A model generated the notes under the pieces. The model did not search any database, had not been told where the DNA came from, and saw only the letters and a program-made list of their open reading frames with translations. A DNA stretch of 60,939 nt, filler included, from Nemertoderma westbladi (taxonomy: Eukaryota; Animalia; Xenacoelomorpha), in assembly GCA_032718475.1 (NCBI GenBank). It is 3 parts of 3 records of this genome, joined end to end, with 100 filler letters (N's around TTAATTAATTAA, not from the genome) between each part and the next. Parts side by side here need not be neighbours in the genome. Positions count along the whole stretch, not along the records: positions 21,764 to 51,138 come from JAUCBJ010005465.1; 2 more parts are not named here. One strand, written 5' to 3'. Positions 35,968 through 49,121 of this stretch are shown one piece after another. The position numbers and the translations under genes are program-made. The number at the start of each line of letters is the position of its first letter. The stretch's first letter is position 1.

Positions 35968-38900
35968 GTGAGTTCCTTAGAATAGGACCCCAATGTGAGT
36001 TCCTTAGAACAGGACCCTAATGTGAGTTCCTTAGAACAGGACCCCAATGTGAGTTCCTTAGAACAGGACCCCAATGTGAGTTCCTTAGAACAGGACCCCA
36101 ATGTGAGTTCCTTAGAACAGGACCCCAATGTGAGTTCCTTAGAATAGGACCCCAATGTGAGTTCCTTAGAACAGGACCCCAATGTGAGTTCCTTAGAACA
36201 GGACCCGAATGTGAGTTCCTTAGAACAGGACCCGAATGTGAGTTCCTTAGAACAGGACCCCAATGTGAGTTCCTTAGAACAGGACCCCAATGTGAGTTCC
36301 TTAGAAAAGGACCCCAATGTGAGTTCCTTAGAACAGGACCCCAATGTGAGTTCCTTAGAACAGGACCCCAATGTGAGTTCCTTAGAACAGTACCCCAATG
36401 TGAGTTCCTTAGAACAGGACCCCAAAGTGAGTTCCTTAGAACAGGACCCCAATGTGAGTTCCTTAGAACAGGACCCCAATGTGAGTTCCTTAGAACAGGA
36501 CCCCAATGTGAGTTCCTTAGAACAGGACCCCAATGTGAGTTCCTTAGAACAGGACCCTAATGTGAGTTCCTTAGAACAGGACCCCAATGTGAGTTCCTTA
36601 GAACAGGACCCCAATTTGAGTTCCTTAGAACGGGACCCTAATGTGAGTTCCTTAGAACAGGACCCCAATGTGAGTTCCTTAGAACAGGACCCCAATGTGA
36701 GTTCCTTAGAACAGGACCCTAATGTGAGTTCCTTAGAACAGGACCCTAATGTGAGTTCCTTAGAACAGGACCCCAATGTGAGTTCCTTAGAACAGGACCC
36801 CAATGTGAGTTACTTAGAACAGGACCCTAAAGTGAGTTCCTTAGAACAGGACCCCAATGTGAGTTCCTTAGAACAGGACCCCAATGTGAGTTACTTAGAA
36901 CAGGACCCTAAAGTGAGTTCCTTAGAACAGGACCCCAAAGTGAGTTCCTTAGAACAGGACCCCAATGTGAGTTCCTTAGAACAGGACCCCAAAGTGAGTT
37001 CCTTAGAACAGGACCCCAATGTGAGTTCCTTAGAACAGGACCCCAAAGTGAGTTCCTTAGAACAGGACCCCAATGTGAGTTCCTTAGAACAGGACCCCGA
37101 TGTGAGTTCCTTAGAACAGGACCCCAACGTGAGTTCCTTAGAACAGGACCCCAATGTGAGTTCCTTAGAAAAGGACCCCAATGTGAGTTCCTTAGAACAG
37201 GACCCCAACGTGAGTTCCTTAGAACAGGAGCCCAATGCGAGTTCGTTAGAACAGGACCCCAATGTGAGTTCCTTAGAACAGGACCCCAATGTGAGTTCCT
37301 TAGAACAGGACCCCAAAGTGAGTCCTTAGAACAGGACCCCAATGTGAGTTCCTTAGAACAGGACCCCAATGTGAGTTCCTTATAACAGGACCCCAATGTG
37401 AGTTCCTTAGAATTGGACCCTAATGTGAGTTCCTTAGAATAGGACCCTAATGTGAGTTCCTTAGAACAGGACCCCAATGTGAGTTCCTTAGAACAGGACC
37501 CCAATGTGAGTTCCTTAGAACAGGACCCCAATGTGAGTTCCTTAGAACAGGACCCCAATGTGAGTTCCTTAGAACAGGACCCCAATGTGAGTTCCTTAGA
37601 ACAGGACCCCAATGTGAGTTCCTTAGAACAGGACCCCAATGTGAGTTCCTTGGAACAGGACCCCAATGTGAGTTCCTTAGAACAGGACCCCAATGTGAGT
37701 TCCTTAGAACAGGACCCCAAAGTGAGTTCCTTAGAACAGGACCCCAAAGTGAGTTCCTTAGAACAGGACCCCAAAGTGAGTTCCTTAGAACAGGACCCCA
37801 ATGTGAGTTCCTTAGAACAGGACCCAAAGTGAGTTCCTTAGAACAGGACCCCAAAGTGAGTTCCTTAGAACAGGACCCCAATGTGAGTTCCTTAGAATAG
37901 GACCCCAAAGTGAGTTCCTTAGAACAGGACCCCAAAGTGAGTTCCTTACAACAGGACCCCAAAGTGAGTTCCTTAGAACAGGACCCCAATGTGAGTTCCT
38001 TAGAACAGGACCCCAATGTGAGTTCCTTAGAATAGGACCCCAATGTGAGTTCCTTAGAATAGGACCCTAATGTGAGTTCCTTAGAATAGGACCCTAATGT
38101 GAGTTCCTTAGAACAGGACCCCAATGTGAGTTCCTTAGAACAGGACCCCAAAGTGAGTTCCTTAGAACAGGACCCCAAAGTGAGTTCCTTAGAACAGGAC
38201 CACAATGTGAGTTCCTTAGAACAGGACCCCAATGTGAGTTCCTTAGAACAGGACCCCAAAGTGAGTTCCTTAGAACTGGACCCCAACGTGAGTTCCTTAG
38301 AACAGGACCCCAATGTGAGTTCCTTAGAACAGGACCCCAAAGTGAGTTCCTTAGAACAGGACCACAATGTGAGTTCCTTAGAACAGGACCCCAATGTGAG
38401 TTCCTTAGAACAGGACCCCAATGTGAGTTCCTTAGAACAGGACCCTAATGTGAGTTCCTTAGAACAGGACCCTAATGTGAGTTCCTTAGAACAGGACCCC
38501 AATGTGAGTTCCTTAGAACAGGACCCCAATGTGAGTTACTTAGAACAGGACCCTAAAGTGAGTTCCTTAGAACAGGACCCCAATGTGAGTTCCTTAGAAC
38601 AGGACCCCAATGTGAGTTACTTAGAACAGGACCCTAAAGTGAGTTCCTTAGAACAGGACCACAATGTGAGTTCCTTAGAACAGGACCCCAATGTGAGTTC
38701 CTTAGAACAGGACCACAATGTGAGTTCCTTAGAACAGGACCACAATGTGAGTTCCTTAGAACAGGACCACAATGTGAGTTCCTTAGAACAGGACCCCAAT
38801 GTGAGTTCCTTAGAACAGGACCCCAATGTGAGTTCCTTAGAACAGGACCCCAAAGTGAGTTCCTTAGAACTGGACCCCAACGTGAGTTCCTTAGAACAGG

Positions 38901-39576
38901 ACCCCAATGTGAGTTCCTTAGAACAGGACCCCAAAGTGAGTTCCTTAGAACAGGACCCCAACGTGAGTTCCTTAGAACAGGACCCCAATGTGAGTTCCTT
39001 AGAACAGGACCCCAAAGTGAGTTCCTTAGAACAGGACCACAATGTGAGTTCCTTAGAACAGGACCCCAATGTGAGTTCCTTAGAACAGGACCCCAAAGTG
39101 AGTTCCTTAGAACAGGACCCCAATGTGAGTTCCTTAGAACAGGACCCCAATGTGAGTTCCTTAGAACAGGACCCCAATGTGAGTTCCTTAGAACAGGACC
39201 CCAATGTGAGTTCCTTAGAACAGGACCCCAAAGTAAGTTCCTTAGAACAGGACCCCAATGTGAGTTCCTTAGAACAGGACCCCAAAGTGAGTTCCTTAGA
39301 ACAGGACCCCAATGTGAGTTCCTTAGAACAGGACCCCAAAGTGAGTTCCTTAGAACAGGACCCCAATGTGAGTTCCTTAGAACAGGACCCCAAAGTAAGT
39401 TCCTTAGAACAGGACCCCAATGTGAGTTCCTTAGAACAGGACCCCAATGTGAGTTCCTTAGAACAGGACCACAATGTGAGTTCCTTAGAACAGGACCCCA
39501 AAGTAAGTTCCTTAGAACAGGACCCCAATGTGAGTTCCTTAGAACAGGACCCCAATGTGAGTTCCTTAGAACAGGA
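35952..39576 (+). repeat. 27-bp tandem array (about 134 copies) of EHD exon end plus 5' splice site
   Basis: Unit GAACAGGACCCCAAT|GTGAGTTCCTTA. The first copy is the true exon end (EQDPN). Confidence 0.96.
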
Positions 39577-40109
39577 TTCAGGACTCGATTCAGGGCACCT
39601 TGTTACCCCTTAATCAATATATTGTTTCTTATTCTTACCCACAATTTTTTGGCGCACCAACCCTATTTCGGATCTCTGTGCTCAATTTGGTGTGTAATCA
39701 TATCAAAGATTGCGGTCCCCGGGTAAGATTTATTAAAGTGAGACATTTATCCCATGTTTATGTGCCATTTGTGCCATATTTCAATTGAAATCATCGTATT
39801 GTCACTTTTCTACGCAATATCACTCTATTTTAGAAATTAATTTCGCAAGTATTTAATTTTATTGATTTATGACCACTTTTAGATATTTTATTTACATGAG
39901 ATGATGACATTACGCCTACGTGTCCCCTTAATATATTATCATCACTATATTATTATTTACTATATTACTCATTACTTGAGTATCGTTTTGTTTTTGGTTA
40001 GAAAAGCCCACCGCTGTAACCTGATCCCCTCCCTCCCTTAATTGGTTATTAACAAAATTAAATGGTACCAAATTAAATTTAGAAAGGGAAAGTTTCTATA
40101 TCAATAGAG

Positions 40110-41330
40110 TAAACATTCAGTTACCAGTGGCTTTAGTTGACCTTTAGTCCAAATTGGTGGTGGCTTTTTCCCTTTTAACATCCGGTTGCAAACATCCAAT
40201 AATGGTCTGTTTAGCACTCCTGTTTTCCATACCTTTCCAGGTATTTCATCTAATCCATTCGCTTTACGATTGGACATGCTTTTAATGCTTCTTTGGAGTT
40301 CGGCGGGTGTGAAGTCCCCTGTTTCTATAGGTAGTGTCTTGTCATATATTTCCCTTGTAGGGCTGACCTCGATGTTTGGTGGCTACCCAAGCAAGTTGCT
40401 GAAGTGATTTTTCCACTTCCCAACACGTTCTTCAGGACTATCAACTTTGAGGCGCCCCTTTGCACAACTTTTCCGACCAGATACCTCATTTACAGTATGT
40501 TGCTGTATGTGAGCAGTTGTAATTGCTTCAGTTTTATCCTGTATGTACTTCTCTTGGCTGATGTTGTAGGCTAATTTAAGATCTTCCTTAGCTTTCTCAA
40601 CCATATTGATGTTTTATGTTGTTGGTTGTTCGATTTTTACTTTGTAGGCTATCTTAAGATCTTCTCTTTTACAAGTAACCTCAGAGTCTTGCCATGGCAC
40701 ATAATGTTTTCGTTGGGGTTTCTGGGGAATATGCCTCTTAGCTGATTCATTGTGGGCTGTTATTACAATTCTGGTATATTGAATCGGTGGACTGGTCTTC
40801 ATCCATTGACTGAAGTACTTCAAAGCGGTTTTGAACTTCTACTGTATAAGCATCCTTTACAGCATTGTCAGTTCTGAGTTTCTCCCAGTCATAGTTGATT
40901 TGCTTGCTTGTCCTGGGTTTGCTGGCTCTCAAACTGAGTCTGATCTCTGCAGTCACAATTCTGTGGTCCGAACCAATTAGGTTGAACGAGCTGTGTGCCT
41001 CGCAGTTACAGTAATCATGCTGTTTCTCCACTTTTTGTTTATAAAGATGTAATCCAGCTGTGTTTTGGTCCCGTTAGGGTATTGAAAGGTCAATAGCTTC
41101 CTTCCCCTTGCTCTTTTCGAATGTGGTGTTTGTTGGTATCAATTCACATTCTTCCATTATGTCTAAGAGTAAGCACCCATTTATGTTCGAACTGGTGTTA
41201 TAGGTGTAACCCTTGATGTCTTCTGGGCCAATTTGAGCATTCTGGTCACCAGCAATGACTTTGACATTGTGTTTCGGAATTTCCTTTATAAGTCCATTCA
41301 GATCTTCATACAATTTTGGGGGTGGATATA
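40110..41330 (-). mobile_element. Decayed RTE-type LINE (endonuclease region) in EHD intron
   Basis: IPKHNVKVIAGDQNAQIG, GSDHRIVTAEIRLSLRA, YTVEVQNRFEVL and WKNHFSNLLG, frameshifted. Confidence 0.8.
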
Positions 41331-43087
41331 AATATCGATTTGGGGAATGCTCAGTTCTGCTGTTCTGCTGCACTGAGCTGCATATTACCTACAGTACATT
41401 ATTAATGCCGGAGTGGCTGTCTGGTGGGAACCAAACAGACCACAACTGACACACTGGTATGGGGTGGGTCAATAATGACAAATAGTTGTTGTCGTCGTTG
41501 TCTTCATCTGCATTAATATTTTGACATGCTAATAACTTTGTCGGATTTAAAGCTGTCGAGTTGAAAATTAATTTTTAGGCATCAATAAGACCAAAAGTTG
41601 ATATTTTTAGAGACTTTCAGACACCATCACTTCAACCATCCGCTCGAGGGCGACATGTCTCAAAGTGAAATCCTTGACTCATTCCGTTATTTATGATCCG
41701 ATCAAGCTGGAATTGTCAGATATTTGCTAGAACACATTTTGTGTCTTTGTGGGTTCGGTAATCGATCTGCAGATTTCCAGTCTACCACTAGAGGGCGAAA
41801 TGAATGAAAGTGATAACCTTCTCTCATTTCGTAATTTGTTATCCATTCAGGCCAAAACTTGGTAGATATACATTCTATACCTCAGACTGAGTTTTTGTGA
41901 GGGCTTAAACTGACTGCAGTTACCCAGTCTGCCTCTTTGGTGATAAAGTGATTAGGGGACATCTGTTTAGATTTTTGGCTTAAATGCAAGGAAAACTAAT
42001 AATATATTTCAACTACTACTACTGTGGGATTTTATTATTAGTTTTAAGTACGTCTAGTAGGCCAACCCAAACGAAGATTTACTTAACGGCCAGTTTATTG
42101 AAGCTCAATTAATGTGCAGTCCTGGTCATGTCCTCTAGATCTGAGGGTTGCTCGCTGCCGACATTTATTGATACCTATAACTGGTACAGCCTCCACAATA
42201 CATAAAAAACCACCACTCTAACGATTCATTTTGCGCCGTTTTATTTAATGTTGCCTACGCCCTTTCCAATATTTTCCGACGCCTCTGATTATACCGGTTG
42301 CTTGAGTACTGGTGGTGAGGTGGGACTTGTTGGACCGGTTCGGAATAAGGGAGCTGGAAGTATGTATAGGGAGTGGAGAGACGGGGGATTTTGATAAGTT
42401 AATTACGTTTAGATCAATTAAAAACACTTTTCTTAAAGTAAATCACTTGAACTAATTAAAAACTATAATGGAATGGGGTATGGGGATTGCAGCTGTATAA
42501 TTTTTTTAAGTATAATTATTTCAAACTTATACTAGAAAACAATTAATTTCCATTCTAGGGCAAGCAAAAAAATGCTGTTTTTTACCTTAATCAACTTAAT
42601 TAATTGCTTTTATCTTAGCCTCTCGAAGGCCACACACAAATACAACTTGGAAAATTCATAAACTTTTGCCAAACAACATGTCTACCAAGTTTGGGTAGAT
42701 TTCATCGAGGATTGGCCGAGTTATTAACGTTCAAAATTGCACACTACAGAACGACAGGTTCATTAATGGTACCCTACGCTAAGGCTCACCTTCCTTCGTG
42801 GCTCGCCCCACAGCACAGGGTGGTCCCTCTCCACATTAGCTTATGTTAATTTTTGTTCCACAAAATTTCGTAGACATAATGTTTCACTGCTGCCAGAATT
42901 CTTGATATGATTACACCAAATATTGATATGACTTGGCTATACACGAATATCTGTAGTACCTGTCCTTGAGAGGAGGTAGGTAGGGGGGGGGGGGGGGGGG
43001 GGGGGGCATACATGCCCTGTTCCCTGTACTGTACACACTGCATAGTGCATATACTGTATGTAATAATTTATGGCCCTGTGAATTTAG

Positions 43088-43207
43088 ATTCACAAAGAAA
43101 TTACTGGAGGGATATTCGGGAATACATTCAACGATGTTCACGACCGCAGTACGATGGATTCTCATACGGTTGAAGAAGAAAGACGGGCTGCAAAGAATAT
43201 TAGTTGA
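43088..43207 (+). CDS. EHD1: EHD-family protein, probable terminal exon (no EH domain)
   Basis: aatttag|IHKEITGGIFGNTFNDVHDRSTMDSHTVEEERRAAKNIS*, a phase-0 join to QDPN. EITGGIF resembles the EHD linker VVKGGAF. Confidence 0.55.
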   Translation: MHKEITGGIFGNTFNDVHDRSTMDSHTVEEERRAAKNIS

Positions 43208-45439
43208 CGAGTTTCTAGATGATGGATATAACTTTGAACAAGCCGAAGCGAAGTGTGCTAACTGAATTAACACATTCAATCAGTGGACTGTTGTTTTTAG
43301 ATATTTCATTTATATTATTTTGAGGCTGAATATTTTACTTTGCTTCTTGAATTCATCAACATGATTTGTAATTTGCCATCTTATAATTTATTAGTAACTA
43401 AATAACAACGAAAATAATATTAAAAAAATTAATAACGGAAATTTATAAGCTCTGCACATCCATCAGTAAAGGTAAAATCCCTGTTAAAAACAAAATAAAG
43501 AAATCATTGTAAGATCTCATAATCGGAGGTTTGTCATGAGTTACTTAATCTGTTCCATAGCGAAGCGGAAATTTGGGACAATATTATTGGGTAACTCATA
43601 ACTCATCAGTCATTATTAAGATGACTGAATTTTATATATGACTGAGCTACCCTACATAGATAATTTAGTACATATTTTTAAAACATTTGGGTAGACTTCA
43701 CCAAATGGTTGCGCTCTTAAAGGGGGTCTTAAACATAGCAAAAGAGAAAATTGCCATAGCAACACCTTTTATAGTAGATATGATGAGTTAAAATTTATGA
43801 AAGATTAGTATGTTGGATATGAAGAATTTAATGGTATATTTAGCAACGGGCTTTAAACGGGTGTAATGCATTTGCAGTGGTCGTAGCGTCATGGGATTAG
43901 AGTCTACCACTAATATATCAAGTCGAAGGAACAATATGCATTACTTGCTTGCTTGCAGTTGCCATGGCAACGGGTAACTTTGGCTAGACACGGGGTATAT
44001 ATTAACCGTAGCGTCATTAAATCAACCTCCACCCCCACTATTTCGAGTATACGGAAAAATATGTAATATGTTTCAGTTTCTAGATGCCATGGCAACATGT
44101 CAGCATTGTTAACAAAGTGTATTTCATATCACTTAGCTGTTTTGAATACATAAAAGAGCGCATTTTGAAAGATAAGTGAGGTTTACATGATATATATATA
44201 TTATCAAGGATGTTATTACGTTACGTTACGGTATCTTTTCAGGAATACCGTAGCTCAATATTTTTCCGTAACGTAAACCGTAACGTAATAGCTTTTTCAA
44301 TACCGTAACGTAATATTACTGTATATTTTTACCGTAATAAAGTAACGTAATAGAGTAATATTTGTGTTAGCTACCAAGAAATCATTTTGGACAAAAAATT
44401 AAATCTTTCGAGAAAAAACTTTAACTTTCACTTGCACGTTCTATACTAATTCAATATAAAGTTAATTTCTTTAATAGGTTTTGTTTGTCTGTACACGGTA
44501 TCCTTATAGCCAGCTTCCTGGCTTCTCCGGTTATTTATGATAAAGTTTTAATTAATAATTAATTAATAGTTAAATTAAGTTTTAATTAAACATTAAGTTT
44601 TAATTAATGTTAGGCTAACTAGGGCTACTGACTGAACTATTTATACTGAGTCCCTGATCTATCCTAGCTGTAGCCTATAACAACGCAGTATGCTGTAATG
44701 GTATAGATCATCGATTTACAGGACAGCTTAGCAGGGTGTGCGGACATTCCCCCCCCCCCCAGACACTTCCCCCCGGACAGCTCCCCCCCCCCGTTCAAGT
44801 AGGACACTCCCCCCCCCCCCCACCCTCGACAGCTCTGAACTTCGCACATTCTTATTTTTCATTTTGTAAGGTAAACGGACCGCTTGTATCCAGACAAGTT
44901 GTATCCAATTTTCCTTTCTTAGCTCAGAAAGTGATCTTTTGCATCCCGATTTTACATTTTGTATCCAAGTTTTATTTATGGATTTTATCAATGCAATTAC
45001 ATTGTATTGTTTGCTAATCTTTAAACAATTAATTAGATGACCTATAAATTCCATCCCCCGAATGATATACTGTTTTTATTAACTATAGAATTATAATAAT
45101 TAATTGTTTTAATTATAGGTATTATTTTTTAATAGTCTTCTTCAAATTGTAGCAGATGGGGATGACATATTATCAGATGATACCTCTCCAAGGGAAAATC
45201 GACATGCGTCGACCTGTATTCTGTGTTCAGCATTACATATTGATAAATTAATTAAATTTCCTGGTTACTTGCAATATTTTTAATAGGATTTTGTTGAATT
45301 ATATAATATTGTAGTAATTTATATATTAATTTGGTTAACATTCAATACAGCTCCTACTTTAGGCTTAGTCAATTTATTATCTGATGATACAAACATGAAT
45401 TAATTATTTCAAAATGGTCTTAATGATGGGGTGATGATA

Positions 45440-46302
45440 ACTCCACCTACTGGCTCCAGAAGTCGAGGAAATCCTGCCAAGTACAGTACCTAACTGATCT
45501 AGACTTTGCTGATGACTTAGGAGTACTCTCAGAATCACTAGAGGGAGCCCAACGGCTCCTCAGCTCATTAGAACATGCTGCTTCTAGTGTTGGTCTTTTT
45601 ATTAACTCCAGAAAGACCAACATTTTGACAGTTAACTTTGAAAGTCATCAGCAAGTCTCTGATCGGATGAGCATAAGCTCAAAGGATGGTATGCTTGAGC
45701 ATGTGGACGATTTCTGTTACCTGGGATCAAGGATCCGGAAGTCAGGTGAGGGAGGACCTTCGAATACGTAAGGGAAAGGCATGGGCAGCCTTGAATAGGC
45801 TTTCCAGGATTTGGAAGTCACCGAGAATTAATCGGAAACTTAAGGTCCGGTTATTTAGAGCAGCAGTAGTTCCAGTACTCCTCTATGGGAGTCCATGCCG
45901 GGCTCTAACTGCTGAAGACACCAAATCTCTGGATGGCACAACGCCGGGTTCATTGTGTCAAGTACAATGCACACATCTCCAACCAGACACTATATAACAT
46001 TGGAGATGTCTCATTTGTTCCCCCAAGCTTGACACTAGAACAAAATCGCCTCCGCTTTGCAGGACATTGCTTTCGCCGTGAGGACCAGCCAGTGCATAAT
46101 CTTGTACTTTGGCAGCCTCATGGAGTGACAGCTCATGACTTTCTTGAGACGCATCTTAAAGGTGGCCTTGAAGATGCGGATGATCTAGCAAATGTCGTGG
46201 GTGATAGGAGAGTTGTGGCGGCGCAATTTTGTAGAAAAGCCGGCACAGCATTCTTAAAAATGCAGATGCACTGCAGCATGCCGATCCTAGTAGTAGTAGT
46301 AG
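45440..46302 (+). mobile_element. 5'-truncated RTE-type LINE (RT C-terminus and 3' tail)
   Basis: DLDFADDLGVLSESLEGAQRLL...GLFINSRKT, RIRKGKAWAALNRLSRIWKS...KVRLFRAAVVPVLLYG and RLRFAGHCFRR, ending in (TAG)n. Confidence 0.85.
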
Positions 46303-47104
46303 AGCGCTCTGGGGCTAGTCAGCCAAAGCTAAGTCCTCAGCGGGTGCAACTTAACTTCCCAACACCACGAACCCGAAGGAAACGTGGTAAGGGAACAAAG
46401 AAGTCCAATACCGAAGAGCAGAGCATAGTTTAGCTGCCGAGGCGACCATCTACTAAGGCTGGTTTGTGACTGACTTTTCCATCCAAGTGTGGCCCCTTTT
46501 AAACCCGGTGTGGGGTCAATGTGAAGGTGACCTCTAATTATCACCTAATTATAGTTTGTCTTTCCTGTGCAGTGGTTTGCGTTGAACACATGTAAAAATA
46601 TGATTAATATATGGTTGTTAAACTGACCAATATCCGATTAGGCCTACTGTTCATAGAGTTTTTATTAGTTACCAAATATTCCCTTCTTAGGACTGGTGAG
46701 GTTAATACGGCAAGAAAGGGGGAAAGGGAATAATTGCGTAGTGATTATTGCATTTCTAAATCGGAATCATGAAGGAGTGTATTTGTAAATGTTTGCCTAC
46801 GGAAGCGCGAAAAATCGATTACATTTACAGATATTACATTTGTCATCACTTTATGTCCTTTAACGTTCTTAAATAAATGAAATTACATTGTGTTAAGAAT
46901 TCCAATTACGACAGTAATCAGTGCACATCATCGTTAGGCCTACAAGAACAAGAACAAGAACAGTGCGCATGCCAGCCGCTAGGGGGCTACATGTGGAAAA
47001 ATTAAGTGGGAGTGGAGGTTGATTTAATGACACTACGGCTAATATATAGCCCGTTTCTAGCCAAAGTTACCCGTTGCCATGGCAACTGCAAGCAAGCAAG
47101 TAAT

Positions 47105-47360
47105 GTCGCAGTGTCCGAGCGGGTACGGCGCCTGAACTGCTTACGCAATAGTGTTTGGTGGCGCAGGTTCGAATCCGACTAAAGGCTGTAGAAATTTCAC
47201 ACTGTTGTGTCCCTAGGCAAGATACTTTAGACATTAGTGCCTACGTCAACCCAGCGGTATAATGGGAACCTGGCTTTGCTGGGGTAATGATAATAAAAGC
47301 GCTTTGAGTACACTGAGCGTAGAAAAGCGCTATATAAATAACCAATATTATTATTATTAT
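47105..47360 (+). mobile_element. tRNA-derived SINE with CORE/Deu-like segment and L2-like tail
   Basis: Head GTCGCAGTGTCCGAGCGG...GCAGGTTCGAATCC, core TGTGTCCCTAGGCAAGATACTT, tail AAAGCGCTTTGAG...AAAAGCGCTATATAAAT(ATT)n. Confidence 0.8.
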
Positions 47361-49121
47361 CAAATTTGTGGTATCGGTACTTAAAGGGTTAATGCATATT
47401 GTTCCTTAGACTTGATATATTGGTGGTAGACTCTGATCCGATGACGCTACGAACACTGCAAAAGCCTTACGCCCGTTACTAAGGACATTGTCAATACTGC
47501 TAACTTTGACGGCCGTTTTCACTTGTTTGCAATGGTATTTTCAAAAAACTAAATATGCCATTAAATTCTTCATATCCAACATACTAATCTTTCATAAATT
47601 TAACTCGTCATATCTATTATAAGAGCTGTTGCTATGGCAATTTTCTCCGTTGCTATGTTTAAGACCCCCTAAAAGACGAGCGCAACCATTTGGTGAAGTC
47701 CACCTATTTTTTTTAATGTCCCATATCTGTACTAAACATCTATGTAGGGTAGCTCAGTCATATATAAAATAGTCATAGGCTGGAGCTGTACTAGTTTGTT
47801 AATAGCCAATGTAGTGCAAAAGTTATGAGTGATAATGTTAACCTTACTCTGTGCAAATGTCTGTGAAAACTGTCTGTCTGGGATTGTGTTTTTGATGGTT
47901 TATCTGTCAGAATAGAAGAAAAGCATTCTTTCTGGCTAAAAGTTATGTTATGGGGATTTTCCTGGTCGCTGATTTCATTCCAAACGTCAGTTTTCACTTT
48001 AACGAAAACTGTTATGTCTATCTGTCAAGTCTGTCTGTCCGTCCGACAATCTGTGTCAAAATATATTATGACATCATACCACGAAGCTAAAACCTTTTTT
48101 CTTGTGGTTTTCCTGGTCGCTGATTTCAAATCCAATGTCAGTTTTCATATATATAGAGAAGTCTATTATGTCTGTCGGTCTGTCTGTATGTCCGTCTGTC
48201 TGTCAAAATTTAAGGAAAGCATTCCACCAAAATAAAAATGTTGTTATGGGGCTTATCCTGGTTGCTGATTTAATTTCCGACGTCAGTTTTAAATTTTAAC
48301 AAAACCTACTATGTCTGTCTGTAGGTTTTTCTGTTTGTCCAGCGATCTGTCTGTTCTCCCTGACTCCCTATTTTGGAAATTGACAAAAAACTTGTTTTAT
48401 TCTATCATGTGCCGAATTTAATGGAGATTTCGAATTTGCAAAGAGTTTTCTCATCTCAAACTCAAGTTACTACCAAAAACGTAAGAGCTAGTCTGATTTT
48501 TGACATGCCTTCGAGCAGCACTATATTTTACAATTGCGCGGGGCCCTTTTCATAAAAAAGACAAAGTTATTGTTGAACATAGAAAAATGGTATTATCTAA
48601 ATTGTTCTTTAACTTTAAAGAAAATCTCTGTCAGATCACATTCCAGTTCCAGTCCTTAAAGAAAATCTCAAAGTCAGGCCGGCCACAGTCAAGTTCCAGT
48701 CACAGAAAAAAAGACATTTCATTTTCCAAAAACCAACTATACATATTCTGAAAGCTCATAAACTGTAGGATTCAATGCGAGTATTGTATCAGTAAAATAA
48801 TTCATTTTGGTTCATAATTACGTTATGCCACCGTTAGTACGGTAAACGTACAGTAATACTGTAGGAATATCGGCATTGACATCCAGACGGGATCGAACTG
48901 GTGGCCTCCACTCCGACCTCCAGGTAGTATTATTATTTAGTGTATTATGTATTTGACTATCATATTATTTGACTATCCAAAATTCAATTTTCACAGATCC
49001 AATATAAATGATTTAAAATATAAATGTTTTTTGTTATTTGTTAAATTTATAATTTTATGTGGGTATTTAATAATTAGGCCTATTCTATTTATTTTAAAGT
49101 AAATAAAATAAGCTTTATTTA

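Larger units (their letters stand above)
43620..47777. mobile_element. About 4.1-kb region bounded by 420-bp imperfect inverted repeats (candidate non-autonomous TIR element)
   Basis: 43620-44038 is the reverse complement of 47006-47777 once the SINE insert is removed, e.g. TATATATGACTGAGCTACCCTACATAGAT / ATCTATGTAGGGTAGCTCAGTCATATATA. Confidence 0.7.

Noticed and set aside
35943-39613. Long ORFs of (VSSLEQDPN)n and (LGSCSKELT)n
   Set aside because: By-products of a 27-bp satellite. They are interrupted by stops and frameshifts, lack a real start, and the repeat begins at a splice donor.
47105-47180. tRNA-Leu/Ser-like gene (also 10865-10930)
   Set aside because: The acceptor and T stems do not close, and the sequences continue into SINE core and tail.
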